A DNA stretch of 64,000 bases from Leucoraja erinacea (taxonomy: Eukaryota), in the NCBI RefSeq assembly GCF_028641065.1, contig NC_073380.1:16678001-16742000 (forward strand), in the 5' to 3' direction. A program made the translations under genes and the position numbers. The notes beneath the pieces were generated by a model, which was not told the DNA's origin, ran no database searches, and was given only the letters and a program-made list of their open reading frames with translations. This document shows, piece after piece, positions 39,734 through 52,900 of this stretch (positions are counted from its first letter, which is position 1; each line of letters opens with the position of its first letter).

Positions 39734-42700
39734 ACCATGCGGCCACAGGGGACCCCCGAGACCAGGATCAAACCCAGGCCAATGGGACCGCGAGGTAACA
39801 TCTCCACCAGCGAGAAGTAAACCAACATCGCTGGAGGAAAACTAAGTGTCCTGGACTGAGGTCAGGATGTGGCACTGTAAGGTAGGAACTTTACCGCAGC
39901 GCCACTGTGCCGCCCCATGGTATTGTGTATTTTGTGTCCTTTACTCTTTATTGTGTAGGGTATGTTTATTGAATGTTTACTGGTAATATACGGTTCATAT
40001 TAAACCCCTCATTGGTTTATAGCAGACGTTTGGTAATAACGGACACCATCACCCCCAGTGCGGACTGTTATTGCGATGGTTTACTATAGTGAACAATCTC
40101 CAAGCTGCACTCTATCTTATTGGCATTACACGATAATTAAAAGTGTGCAATGTTTTACAACATGGTTGTCCAACAATGTCTGTATCAAAGAAAGGCTCGA
40201 GAAGAATTACAGAAGAATAACTGTTATTCAACAGCCTCGCAGACTCCAAATTGCAAGTAAAATGAACCCTGCCTTACAGGCGTTTTTCCAATCATCTCAG
40301 CTTCTGGGATTGATCTTTGAGAATAAACAGGGCAGGAGCAGAATATTTGTTCTCCTCATTCCTGCTCTGCCATTCAACATCCAAGTTAATCTGCCACCTC
40401 AATGCTGCTTTCTTAACCATAGCATCAGATAAATAAAAACAAGTGTGATGTAGAAGAGAAAACTTGACAATATTTTAACAATCAGCACAGGAGCACCTCA
40501 AGGCTGCGAGCTCAGTCCCCTGCTGTACTCACTCTATACTCATGACTATGTAGCCGGACATGGTGCGAACTCCATCATCAAGTTCGCCGACGACACCACT
40601 GTTGTGGGATGTATCACTGATGGGGATGAGTCAGAGTATAGAAGTGAATCGACCGATTGACCAAATGGTGCCAGCACAATAACCTGGCTCTCAACACCAG
40701 CAAAACCAAGGAACTGATTGTGAACTTCGGAAGGGGTAGGATAGGGACCCACATTCCCATTTATATAGATGGTGGAAATGGTCAAGAACTTCAAATTCCT
40801 GGGCGTGCATATTTCAGAAGATCTCTCCTGGTCCCATAACACTGATGCAATCATAAAGAAATCATCAGCACCTCTACTTCCTGAGAAGATTACGGAGAGT
40901 CGGTAGAAGTTACAGGAGCCTGAAATCTACAAAATCCAAGTTCAGGAACAACGACCTCCCCACAGCCATCAGACTATTAAACACAACTTCAAACAAACTC
41001 TGAACTATAACAGCCTATTGCACTTTATCGGTTTATTTATGTGTATGTATATATATATTCTATGGTATATGGACACACTGATCTGATCTGTATTTATGCC
41101 TACAATATTCTGTTGTGCTGCAGCAAGCAAGAATTCTATTGTCCTCTCTGGGACACATGACAATAAACTATCTTGACACTTGACTTGACTTGAGATCTGT
41201 GGTGTTGTAGTTTGTTTTTCTGCATGGTGGTTACCTATAAATAAGATCATAAGTGATAGGAACAGAATTAAGCCATTCAGTCCATCAAGTCTACTCTGCC
41301 ATTCAATCATGGCTGATCTATCTCTCCCTCCTAATCCCATTCTCCTGCCTTCTCCCCATAACCTCTGGCACCCATACTAATCAAGAATCTATCTATCTCT
41401 GCCTTAAATATATCTATTGGCTGCCTCCACAGCCTTCTGTGGCAAAGAAGTCCATAGATTCACCACACTCTGACTAAAGAAATTCCTCCTCAAATCCTTC
41501 CCAAAAGAAACTCCTTTAATTCTGAGGCTAAGACCTCTAGTCCTAGACTCCTCCACTAAATAGGCTCAACAGTTGGAAAGAGTGGTTTCATCCATAACAT
41601 AATCTGTTATTGATTGAAGTACTGTTTCTGATTGTTGATGATTCAACTACCCCAGTGGCTCTGATGCTGATTAGTAGGATAATCCTGAGGTAGTGGTTGA
41701 ATGATGACTTCTTTCCCCTTAAAATATTTCAAACATTTTTGAGCAACCTTTTAAAGCACTATAAATTGTTCCTAAAGAGACTAATCAAAATGAGAATAAC
41801 AAAATTGGCCACTGAATAGAAATTATATTAATTTTAAAGTGTCATCAATGACAAAACTTGAGAATGAGTACATTGGGATGATCAACTTTGTAGACGGAAT
41901 AAAGAAAAATAGATGGTCAAAGTTACACAGAAAATTGAAACACTTGTCTAAATTACCACAAATATTGAAAGAAACAAGGCACGTGTTAATGAGAAAGAAT
42001 GAATATGACAAACATCTTAAGGGAAGAGAGCGGATGCAAACACTGGAAGTGATACTAGCATGACAGCGTTAGAGGAATCAAGTGACTTTCCAGGGTTTGT
42101 ACAAGATTCACAAAATGTACAGTTCTTTAGTCATAGCCTCTCATGATATGGCAATGCATTCGTTTGTTTATGAAGTTTGAATGGATGGATGAGGAAGAAC
42201 ATAATTTATAGTAAAATAATTGGTGAATGAAAATTACCAACCTGAGTGCACCCTCTTAAAAACATGGCCTTCAGACCACTGCATCCTCCCACTAGAGCCT
42301 CTATCCCATCCTTGGTCACCTGATCACACCAGGAAATGTTTAAATGCTCAAGGTTTCGATTGCCCTCACTGAAAGGCAAAAACAGATGCAGTTCAGCAAA
42401 GGTTTCATATATTTTATAAACTTAAAAGTTAATTGATGCCTCAAATTAAGTTATTAAACCATACAATATGTTTCTTAAAATCACTTCTTGACCACTTTGC
42501 GATGTTAGCAATGCTTTAAACAATAAATTCTATTGATGGCTTCTGACAACATCAAAACACAATTGTATTGCTACCATCTGGTGACAAAAATAGGATTTTG
42601 TCTCCTTGGTTTTACATGTTGCTAACAATATGAGGTAAATCTGTATTGTATGAAACTGCTAATAAATGTTTTGTTTTGTGACAAAATAGCACCCTTAGTC

Positions 42701-44972
42701 AGGATCAAACACAAGTCTCTGGCACTGTAAGGCAGCAACTGCCACTGCACCACTGTGCTACCTTGGTTTATTTCAATAACAGTACAGTAAAATTCTGTTA
42801 ATCAGGCATTGACTTTGGTGATGCTGGATTGACAGTACCTCAGGAATTTTAGATGTTATTCTAATTAATCTTCCAACACACTTCTAACTTTTTAAAGATA
42901 TTACACGGTAGTAGAAATAGTACATTTTCCACTGTACCCTGTAAATTTAATGGGTATGAAAAACCAAAATTGTTAAATTTCAAGTGCAAATGGAATCCAG
43001 TGAATTCTAAGAAAGCATAAGAACTGGGGCCCCAATGTGTTCATGGGTAAAGCAGGGTACAATGAGCTTGGTGCCGAACCATCTAAACAATCAGATAGCG
43101 ATTACTGGAGCTTCACTGTACTTCCATCTTAGTCATTTGCTGCCAAAAGTTTGATTAAAAACCTCCATTAAAGTATTTTACATAAATCATTATGTTGAGA
43201 TACTGGGGAGAGAACTAAAGCAATGTGGGCAGGGGAAGGTTGTTCAGCCTCCAGGCCTGCTCCTCCATTCAACAAGATCATCTTTGGCCTTCCGTCTCAA
43301 CACCTTTTTTCTACCTCATCTCCATAATTCTCATTCTTTCTGATATCCAGAAATATACCCATCTCTACTTCAAATCTGAATAATGAACGAGCCTTCACAG
43401 CTCAGTGGGTAGAGAATTCCAAATATTCTTTCTCTGACAGAAGAAACATGTTCCCTCTTTTCAGTTTTAAATGGCCCATACTTATTTTAAGACCAAGAGC
43501 CCCAGTGGGGCAAAACATCTTTCTTGTGTTGAAACATCTAAAATACTTAGAGGGCTCAGAGGTTATTTCTCTTTTCTCTGAATGTCAGAGGACAGAGGGC
43601 CAACTAGTTCAGCCTGTCCTCATGTGACAAATACACCATCCCAGGAACCACCAGCCTGGTTACTCTTCATTGCATTTTCCCTTTAATCTTTACCTCCATT
43701 CTTAGGTAAGAGGACTAAAATTACAAATAATATTACAGGCACAGATTGTCCCAGTCCTTCAAGTCTACTTGAAATCTGTGAACCAATAAGAGACAATTCA
43801 TAGATGAATCCACAATTCGCTAATATTAACACGTACAAAAAGTTTCTATTCAAGCTTCTATTCTATTCTAGGATGGAACTGCAGATGCTGATTTACACCG
43901 AAGATAAGATAAAATGCTGGAGTAACTAAGCTCACAGGCAGCATCACTGGTTAGAAGGATTGGGTGACGTTTCAGCTAGAGACCCTTCTTCAGACCAATG
44001 GGTGACGTTTAGGGCTGAGACCCTTCTTTAGACCTGAAGACCGTTCTCTTCGCTACTCCTTGGTTCACTCATCCCTTCCCATCCAAACCACCCCCTCCCA
44101 GGTACTTCCCCGCTTGCAGGGGATGTAACACCTATTCCTATACCTCCTCCCCTGCCTCCATCCAGAGACCGCAGCTGTTCTTCCAGGTGAGACAGAGGTT
44201 CACCTGCACTTCCTCTAACCCCTCCCAACGTCTACGCCCCACACTTGTACACTGACAATGACATCAGGTAAAATATGAGTTTATCTGAATCTAAAAAAGG
44301 TCTTTATTGTGTGTTCCTGATGGCGTTTTAAGCTTCTTCAGCTGTTCACTTTTAATTATAAGAATTATATATCACCACATCATCAGGATTTTAGAGGTGA
44401 TTAGGTGGGGCATGGCCAAAAAAAGGTTGGGAACCACTGCTCTAACCTCATCTACTGCATCTGGTGTTCCTGATGTGCCTTCTGCACATCAGCAAGACCA
44501 AGTGCAGAAACGGTCACTGAACACTTAGCTCAGTCACCCAAGGCCTGCTGAATGTTCCGGTTGCTAACCACTTTAACACCTCTTCCCATTCCAACCTTGC
44601 TGTCCTGGGCCTCTTCCATTGCCAGATTGAGGCCATACGCAAATTGGTAGAACTGCACCTCATATTCCGCTTGCAGCTCAACGATGTGAACATTGAATTC
44701 CCCAATTTTAGGTAACAGCTAATAAACCCCGCTCTCCCCCTCTCCTTTCTTCTCCACATACCCGGATCTCCCCCTCCTCTCTCTCCTCCACGATTCCTGC
44801 TCTCCCCTCCACTTACCTCTCTACCCCCCACCCCCTGTGCCGTACCTAGACGCACACATATTTCTCCCATCCCCCTCCATTCCTTCATCTGGATTCACAA
44901 TTCGCAACTCTTCGCTTTTGACTCACATCTTTTCTCTTCCATCTCAGGCCTTTGGCTAACCATCTGCCTATC

Positions 44973-45006
<34 letters not shown>

Positions 45007-46932
45007 ACCGCTTGTGTTAATCTATTACCTGCCCCTCCTCTAGCTTTCTTCTGATCTCCAATCAGTCTGAAGAAGAGTCCTGACCCGAAATGTCACCCAT
45101 CCAGGTTCTCCAGGGTTGCTGCCTGATCTGCTGAGTTCCTCCAGCACTTTGTCTTTTTTTCGTACATTTTTCAATTAACTGTTTGGGATTGAATTTATGT
45201 GGCAAATGAAAGAACATTATTTCTTCCAGTGATAAGAGTAAATGTAGATGCTGTTGAAAATATTGTAAAAAATGTTGATTAAAAAAAATGCTCCATAATA
45301 ACAAGGGTCTGAAGAAGGATTTTGGCCCGAAACATTGCCTATCTCCTTCACTCCATATATGCTGCTGCACCCGCTGAGTTTCTCCAGCATTTTCGTGTAC
45401 CTCCATAATAACAATGTGATTATAACCATAAGCAATTTTCTTATATTGGTCTTTGGGTTCATATTCCGTAAAATAACTTTTTATGTTTCAGTGACACAAA
45501 AATAATAAGCTGGAGGGAATTGTTAAGATCTAAACCACAATTGAATGAATTCGATTAAAGGAACATTTTGACAAAGAACATTAGAAACAGATTAGAAAAA
45601 AAGATGTGCAGAAGAGTCAGTCTTACAGCACAGAAACAGGCTCTTCAGCCCAAAGTGTTTAAGCCAACCATCAAATACTCTTCGGCACAACACCCATTTC
45701 TTAGCATTTGCTCCATAGTCTTCTATGCCGTGGCAATTTAAGAGCTCGTCTAGGGACATTACAGGTATAAGTGCATGAGAATACCATCCACTTGGGTAGT
45801 TTGTTTCACATTCCAACCATGGGTGGAAATACCGGGGGTGGAGGGCACAAAGGGGACACACCACCCTCATTTATTGAGAGGTGGGAACAATCCCCCCCCA
45901 CGTTTTGTAATCCGTATTTTGAAATTCGGTGAAAAAAAAAAAATGTTAAAAATCTCCGCTATCTGTGGCAGTGCGGGTGGGACTGATGATTGAGGGCGCC
46001 GATTGGATGAGAGAGACGGCAGTCAGCAGGCAGGGTGGGGGGGGGGGGACATGATGATTTAGCGCGATGATTGGAGGAGGGGGGTGTAAGGGGGTGAGAA
46101 GTAAGGGGGTGGGACTGAGGATAGAGCGCTGTGATTGGAGGAGGGAGACGTCCGGGTGAAGCAAAGATCACAGAGCGGAGCTTGAATCGGCCCGTTCGCG
46201 GGGGACTTTCACCCGGAGCGGCTTAAAATCAGCCGCGGGATCTTCCACCGACACGCGGTCAAATTGCTGCATCGAGGCGATCGAGGCTCCCGATGTTGAA
46301 GCCCCCGCCGGGCGATGGAAGATCTCGTGGCCAATATAAGCTGCGCCGGGCGATGATAGGCCCTGTGAACCGGCCGATCGAAGTCCCACGATTCGGAGCG
46401 GATGAAGCTTCTGTTGCTGGAGTTCAGAGTCGGTCCCCAACCAGGTCAGCCCCCGATGTTACCGTCAACAGGGCCCACGGCTGAAGCCTCGCACGTGTGT
46501 GTGTGCGCGCATGCGCACCAAGAAATTGTGTCCCTCCCCCATGTTTTGATACCAATTTCCACCCCCGATTCCAACCACCCTCTAGGTTAAAAAAACCCTC
46601 AGGCTCTCTCTAAATTTCTACTGTCTTACCTAAACTCTCTGCTTTTAAACACCTCTTCACAATTAATCAGCATTATCCTGAATCCGAAAACTAGTCAGAG
46701 TATGAGAGATAATCAGTATGAAACAAGTCCCTCGGCCCATCACTTCTGTGCTGACCAAGTTGGCATTTTGGGCTTGGCCCGTTTGCCTGCATTTGGCCCA
46801 CAGCTCTCTAAACTTTTCATACATCTGTCCAAATGCCTTTTAAAAGTTGTCATTATATCTGCTATAGCTTCGCCTGGGAACTCTTTCCTGAAATTGACTA
46901 TCATCTGGGAGGGGGGGGGGGGGGGGGGTATG

Positions 46933-46963
<31 letters not shown>

Positions 46964-49900
46964 TATGGGAGGGGGATGTCTGGGAGGGGGGTATGGGTCT
47001 CCCATACCAATGTCCCATTGGTATGGAACTTTTGCATTGTTCAGCTTGAAATTGTGCAATCTGGTGCATACTGTAGTGAGTCTTTTAACTTACACTTGAA
47101 TGCAATATTTATGCTTTAAATTGGATTATCTATGAATAAGGTTAGGCTACATTACATCCCTAATTACATTCCACAGTAGAGCCAAGCTCTGATCAACAGG
47201 TGATTCATGTATGGAAATCAGATTATAATCAAACACTTGGCCCATGTTGACCAACCTGGGTCTCACTGCACACCTGTTACTGCTCCTGACCCTGACTCCA
47301 GTTGCATACCTTCTCTCATTCTGACCCTGAGTCCAGCCTTACACCTGGCCCCCTATTCTACCCTAATCATAGCTGCTAACCTGCTTAGGTCCCTAGTGCT
47401 GAACACTCCCATTGTCCCAGCTTTGGCTGCACACCTAGTACCATTCCAGACCTTGACTCTGGATGCACACTTGGCCTTTCTCCTAGCCCCTCTGCACTGA
47501 CAATATATCTGGCCCACACATAAAGCCCCATATCTGACGCCCTGGACTTAACCTATTACGCAAGTCCACAGATGCTTATCTAATGCGGTAATCTTTTATG
47601 CGGCACTTCACAGCCCAAATTTTGTATAACAAAATTTGCTACATCCATTGTCTTCCTTGTTATCTAACATGCTAGTTACTTTGTCAAATGTCATCAATTG
47701 ATTGAACACAATTTCTCATCCATAAAATTATACTCACTCAGCTGTATAAGTATTCTGTTACCATTTCCTTCATTTTCCTAACCAACTGTCCAGAAGTCAT
47801 TTTCACCCCCAATATTTTCAGTATTTTGCTGTCTTCCTCTCAGCTGGGACTTTTCCGAAATGCAAAGTCCAATAACTATATATACAAGCAATATTATTCT
47901 ATTAAATGTGATCTTGAGAGTACATAATATTTTCTGTGGTATTCATAACACAACAATGATCATATAGCCGCACAGAAATAGATCGATCAGCCCAACTGAT
48001 TCATGCTGGCTAAAGTCCTTACCTGAGCTGGTCCCATTTGCCTGCATTTGGCTCATGTTACAGAAGGTTCCTGTCCAAGTTCCTATCTAAATGTTTTTAA
48101 ACATTGTAATTAAACCCACCTCTACTACTTCACCTGGCAGTTTTTTTTTCATCTACCACCGATCTCTATGTGAACAAAATGTCCCTCAGGTCCCTTTTTA
48201 AATCTGTCCCCTTTCGCCTTAAATCCATACCCGAGTTTTAGATTTCCCACCCAGGGGAAAAAACTTTGACCATCCATCGAGAGTACATGAAGTCTTCTAG
48301 CTTGGGTAAGAAACAAGGAAGCTTTATGATCATAACCTTGGCAATGATGGACAATCAAACTAGCCTCTAGCATGAAGGAGTATCAAAGAAAGCAACAGAT
48401 CAAAGAATAAAGAATGCAGCTTCCACTAGCACAATTTCAATGAAATAAAGCTAGTGAAAGACAGCTATTTAATAATTAAGAATGAACTGTTATTTTTCAG
48501 ACTGGTAAGGATGAAAAGTAATGCTGGATAAATATTTTCCCTTTTCCAACTTGACAGGTGTCATTTGGAGGAGTTTTAGCTGGCAAATGCTGCAAGCACG
48601 AATAAAAACCTCATCCAGAGGTTAGGGGGTGGATTTCCAATGGCGTAAAAGACACTGAGGGATGTGTGCAAAATTGTTCTACTCAGGTTAAATTGGTTTC
48701 CAACTGCACAGCATTGTTTTACTCTGTTGTGTAAAAGATTTTCTAAGCCTAGATTCTCTCCAAAAGCTGTACAGTAAAAGATAATAAAATGCAAAACAAC
48801 TACTTGTGCAATAAATGAGCATCACATAACAGAACAACTCCTTGCAAGAATGTCCATACAGCATCACGCTGAATCAGCAACTCTGCTTCTCTCCCTTACA
48901 ATATCCAACATAATCAATACATCAATATTTTACATTTATATTACACATAGAATGGCCAAAAATCAAACAGCTAGTTTTAATCCCAAAAGGATTACAAGAA
49001 TATTTCATACAATCCTAAAATATGAAGATTACTCTATTCCCTGAGTAATTTACTGATCTTAACAGGGCAAGTAAAGGTTGTCTCTGTAGGAGAAGAATTA
49101 AAAAAATCATTTCGCAGTCTAGTATATTAAAAGGAAAAATAAATCCAAGACAAAAAACATTTTAATGCATACCAGGAAAAATCCTCCAGAGCAACAATTT
49201 TCCAACCATTAATAATCTTCGAATATACATAATTATAAATATTCCTAGATCAACTCTAAAGTTTACACTTTATTATTCAACTAAACAACAGTTTGCCTAT
49301 TTTAATTGTAAAGGAATGAGTATTTATTGCATCTGGGAAAGGGACGCAATCTTAATAGAAAAAGTACCATGACTATGTACTATGACCAAAGGAAAGTGAT
49401 TCAGTACAACTCTCCAAAACCCAGCAAATGGGTGCAGTCCATTTTAATATCATATTTGTTTGAACATAGTGGGAAGGTGAATAATGAATGAGCTACAATC
49501 TCCAGTGTAAACTCACTTACACAAGTCATCAAAATGGTATTCAATAAATATACTTTCCTCGGATCTCACTATATTGAATTCAATTTAGAAATAGTGCAAT
49601 TTATAAGTAGTGCAAAAGTCTTCACAGAAGCATGAATTTTCCGAATTTTATGTATTATTACTGGGCAGTGCATATTAAGAATATGATTTATTGGTTGGAT
49701 AGTTCTACACAACAGACAGAATGGATAAAAATGGAGAAGGAGGATTGTCATCCTTGTAATATAGGAACGATCCTCTTTTCCCCAAAAAAACGGAATAACA
49801 CAATATATAAGAAGAACCCAATTATATATGGTACAATAAGAATTTGGAAACAAATAAAATTATCTTTAAAATTAAGAAATCTATCACTGTTAATGCCAAT

Positions 49901-52900
49901 AGCGAATAACCCTTTATTTAAACCATCTCTTATTGATAAGACATATAACCAATGGGAAAGTCTCGGAATTAGAAGGATCAGGGATATGTACGAAATGGGA
50001 AACCTACTATCATTCCAACAACTACAATTAAAATTTAAATTGAAAAACAACCAATATTTTAAATATCTTCAGATTTGCGACTTTGTGAAAAAATATATAC
50101 AAGGATATCAAAAAGTAACTCCTGACTTATTGGAAGAAGCAATGAATATTGAAGCTGACTCACAAAAATTAATATCCTATTTATATAATAGTATTCTAAA
50201 TATAGACCTACCATCGACAGAGGTACTTAGAGAAGAGTGGGAACAGGAATTAATGCTAAAAATTACGAAGGTTAAATGGGAAAAATACCTGATATATATT
50301 CACAAATGTTCAATTAATGTAAGACATAATCTAATTCAATTTAAAATTGTACATAGATTATATTATTCAAAAACAAGATTGAACAAATTTTACCCAAATA
50401 TATCCGCCACTTGTGATAAATGTCTAGCCCAAAAGGCAACTATAACACACTCCTTAGTTTCCTGCATAAAACTTTATAGATTTTGGAATGATATTTTTGA
50501 AATACTTACAAAATTATTCAAGACAAGAATGGAACCTAATACTGAAATGATTATATTTGGTGTAATGGAAGATGGGAATAAATTGAACACATCTCAAAAT
50601 TTATTCCTTAACTATGGTTTAATAATAGCAAAAAAATTAATACTTAAATTTTGGAAGGGTACATCAATACCAACGCTTAAAATGTGGATTGCAAGTATGT
50701 TGGACACCGCTCATCTTGAGGAAATGCGATTCCTCCTAATGGATAAACCAGACCAATTCATAACGAGTTGGTCTCCATTCGTCGTTTTTTTGGAATCATA
50801 TGGTGCAACACAATTGTAAAAAATAACTGTTTCAGGACTGGACGAGGGTTGGTCAAGATTATAAATAATGATCTCCTTTTCTTTTCACTATTTTCTCTCT
50901 CAACTTTCTTCATTTACTCGTTTTCTTTCTTCACACACTATATATTTCACATCTTTCTATCCTTTACTATCTAACTTAAAAAAAAAAAAAAAAAAGAAGC
51001 ATGATTCAGGCAGTTCTGCTACAATGCAATAGTTGTATTCCTAAGAAACCTTGTGTGTGAGCAAAAAATGTGTAAAACAATTACAATGAGAAAAATGGGG
51101 ACATGTGCTAAAGAGATCTGTAAAAAACATTCTGCCCCCACCCCACCAAGGATTTTCAAAAATAACGGTCTTTTTAATAGCTACGAGTTTATTTTTGGTA
51201 CAAAGGCTGTATGTTATATTATATAATAGCATATAGTTGCACAAGTGTCAATAGAAGCAATTATTGTCAATTTAATCGGCTGTTATTAAGAGATAATGAT
51301 GTTTGACTACTGCGGGTGGGTTAGAGAGGGAGTGGGGGTAGGGGATGTTGGTAGATGGAAACAGTTTATTTTCAGTACACTGTGTCGTCGTCGTCCCCAA
51401 GACAGCTCTCCTTTCTGCTGCTAACTCATACCAAGTCCTGTTCACCCCATAATCTGTGTTTTTGAAAACAAATTCAAGCTATAGTTTCTCATATTACCCT
51501 TGCAAAGTTATTTTGAAATACTTAATACTTCACTTTTTACCCTTTCTTTGGTTGGTATTCCCACTTAAAACACATTGGAATAGGAGCAAATCAATATTCA
51601 GCATCTACCAATCAGGACTGTGGAGTCAAAGTCATCGAGTCTGAGCAATTTTGGTGCTGCTGGAGTCGGAGTAGGTAAAAAAGTCCCGACTCTGACTGAC
51701 CTCAACATAAATTTCAGAGACTACGTAAATGGGAAAAAATCCCACTTTTTAAACATACCGCACACTTTATTTCCACCCGAGAGAATAAGAAATCACATTG
51801 GTGCTGCCATCTGGCTGCAGAACGACGAAAAACAAAAGGTAAACATTTAGCTCATACCTGTGGCCATAATTTAATATATTTAATAAATTATAATTTAACT
51901 CAATGGAATTTTAATTTTGTCATAGTCCTATATGTTTTTTTTTTCTTTTAGCATAATGAATTATGTTTATCAAGAATAAACAATAAAAAAAAAGCCACAA
52001 TAGCACAGCTACAACCATTAGACTAAAAACTTTAAGGACATGGGTTTAAAAGGCAGCCTGATGATTCATGTAGTTCTTATGAAGTGCCATCTTGTGTAAT
52101 GTCATCATAGCAGATTTAGAATGATTATACCTAGGAGTCGGAGTTCGGATACACAAGAAATCAAGGAGTCGGGTGTTTTGGGTAACAACTCCACCGCCCT
52201 GTTACCAATGCCCATGACCATTGCCAAGACAGTTTTCCCATGTCTGGCACCAAACTGGATACAATATTGCCCACCCCACTCTGATCTGCCTGTGGCCAAC
52301 AGCACTGCCACAATGAGGCGCAATACAAACATCTTTTCCAAACATCCAAACTCAATATTTAATTCTGTACCTTCAGCGAATTCGCTTTGGGTATAGTAGA
52401 CTGGCCATTTCTACTGCAAGTTGTCCACCTGTGGTACTGGCTCAGTATAAGTCAATGAGCAAAGCTAATAGCCTTGTCCGACGGCTCTGTATCCCATAAC
52501 CTTCTAAAAGTTATTTTGTTCATATTCACATAACTGCCATCATTTCTTAGCTCCCTTCACTTTACAACTTCCCTCATTATCATCACAACAACCAGTCTCC
52601 CACCCTACATTCTCTGCAATTTAAAACTAACTAGTCTTTATTTATACATATTAAAATATTTTCAACAGATGCTACTCGAGTTCCTTGCATTTTCTGTCCA
52701 TATTTCAATCTTAAATTAAGGAGTCAGCCATTCATTATGGATGAAAAAAAAATGTCTTCATCTAGTGGATACGCAGATAATTCCCAGGATTTACCAAGAG
52801 CCATGGAGTACAGGCACTGACTATATTCTAGACAGAAATAGTTTAGAGTTTTAGATACGAAGAGAATCAATGGATGCGAGATTTGTGACGAAAGGTGGCA

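Noticed and set aside
49632-50819. 395-aa ORF as a novel host gene
   Set aside because: It is the C-terminal part of an L1-clade ORF2, bounded by a TSD and poly(A); the start codon comes from the target site
52105-52396. ORF with a signal-peptide-like start (MEKMFVLRLIVAVLLA...)
   Set aside because: Runs across a hAT MITE end into degenerate Penelope-like sequence; chance ORF
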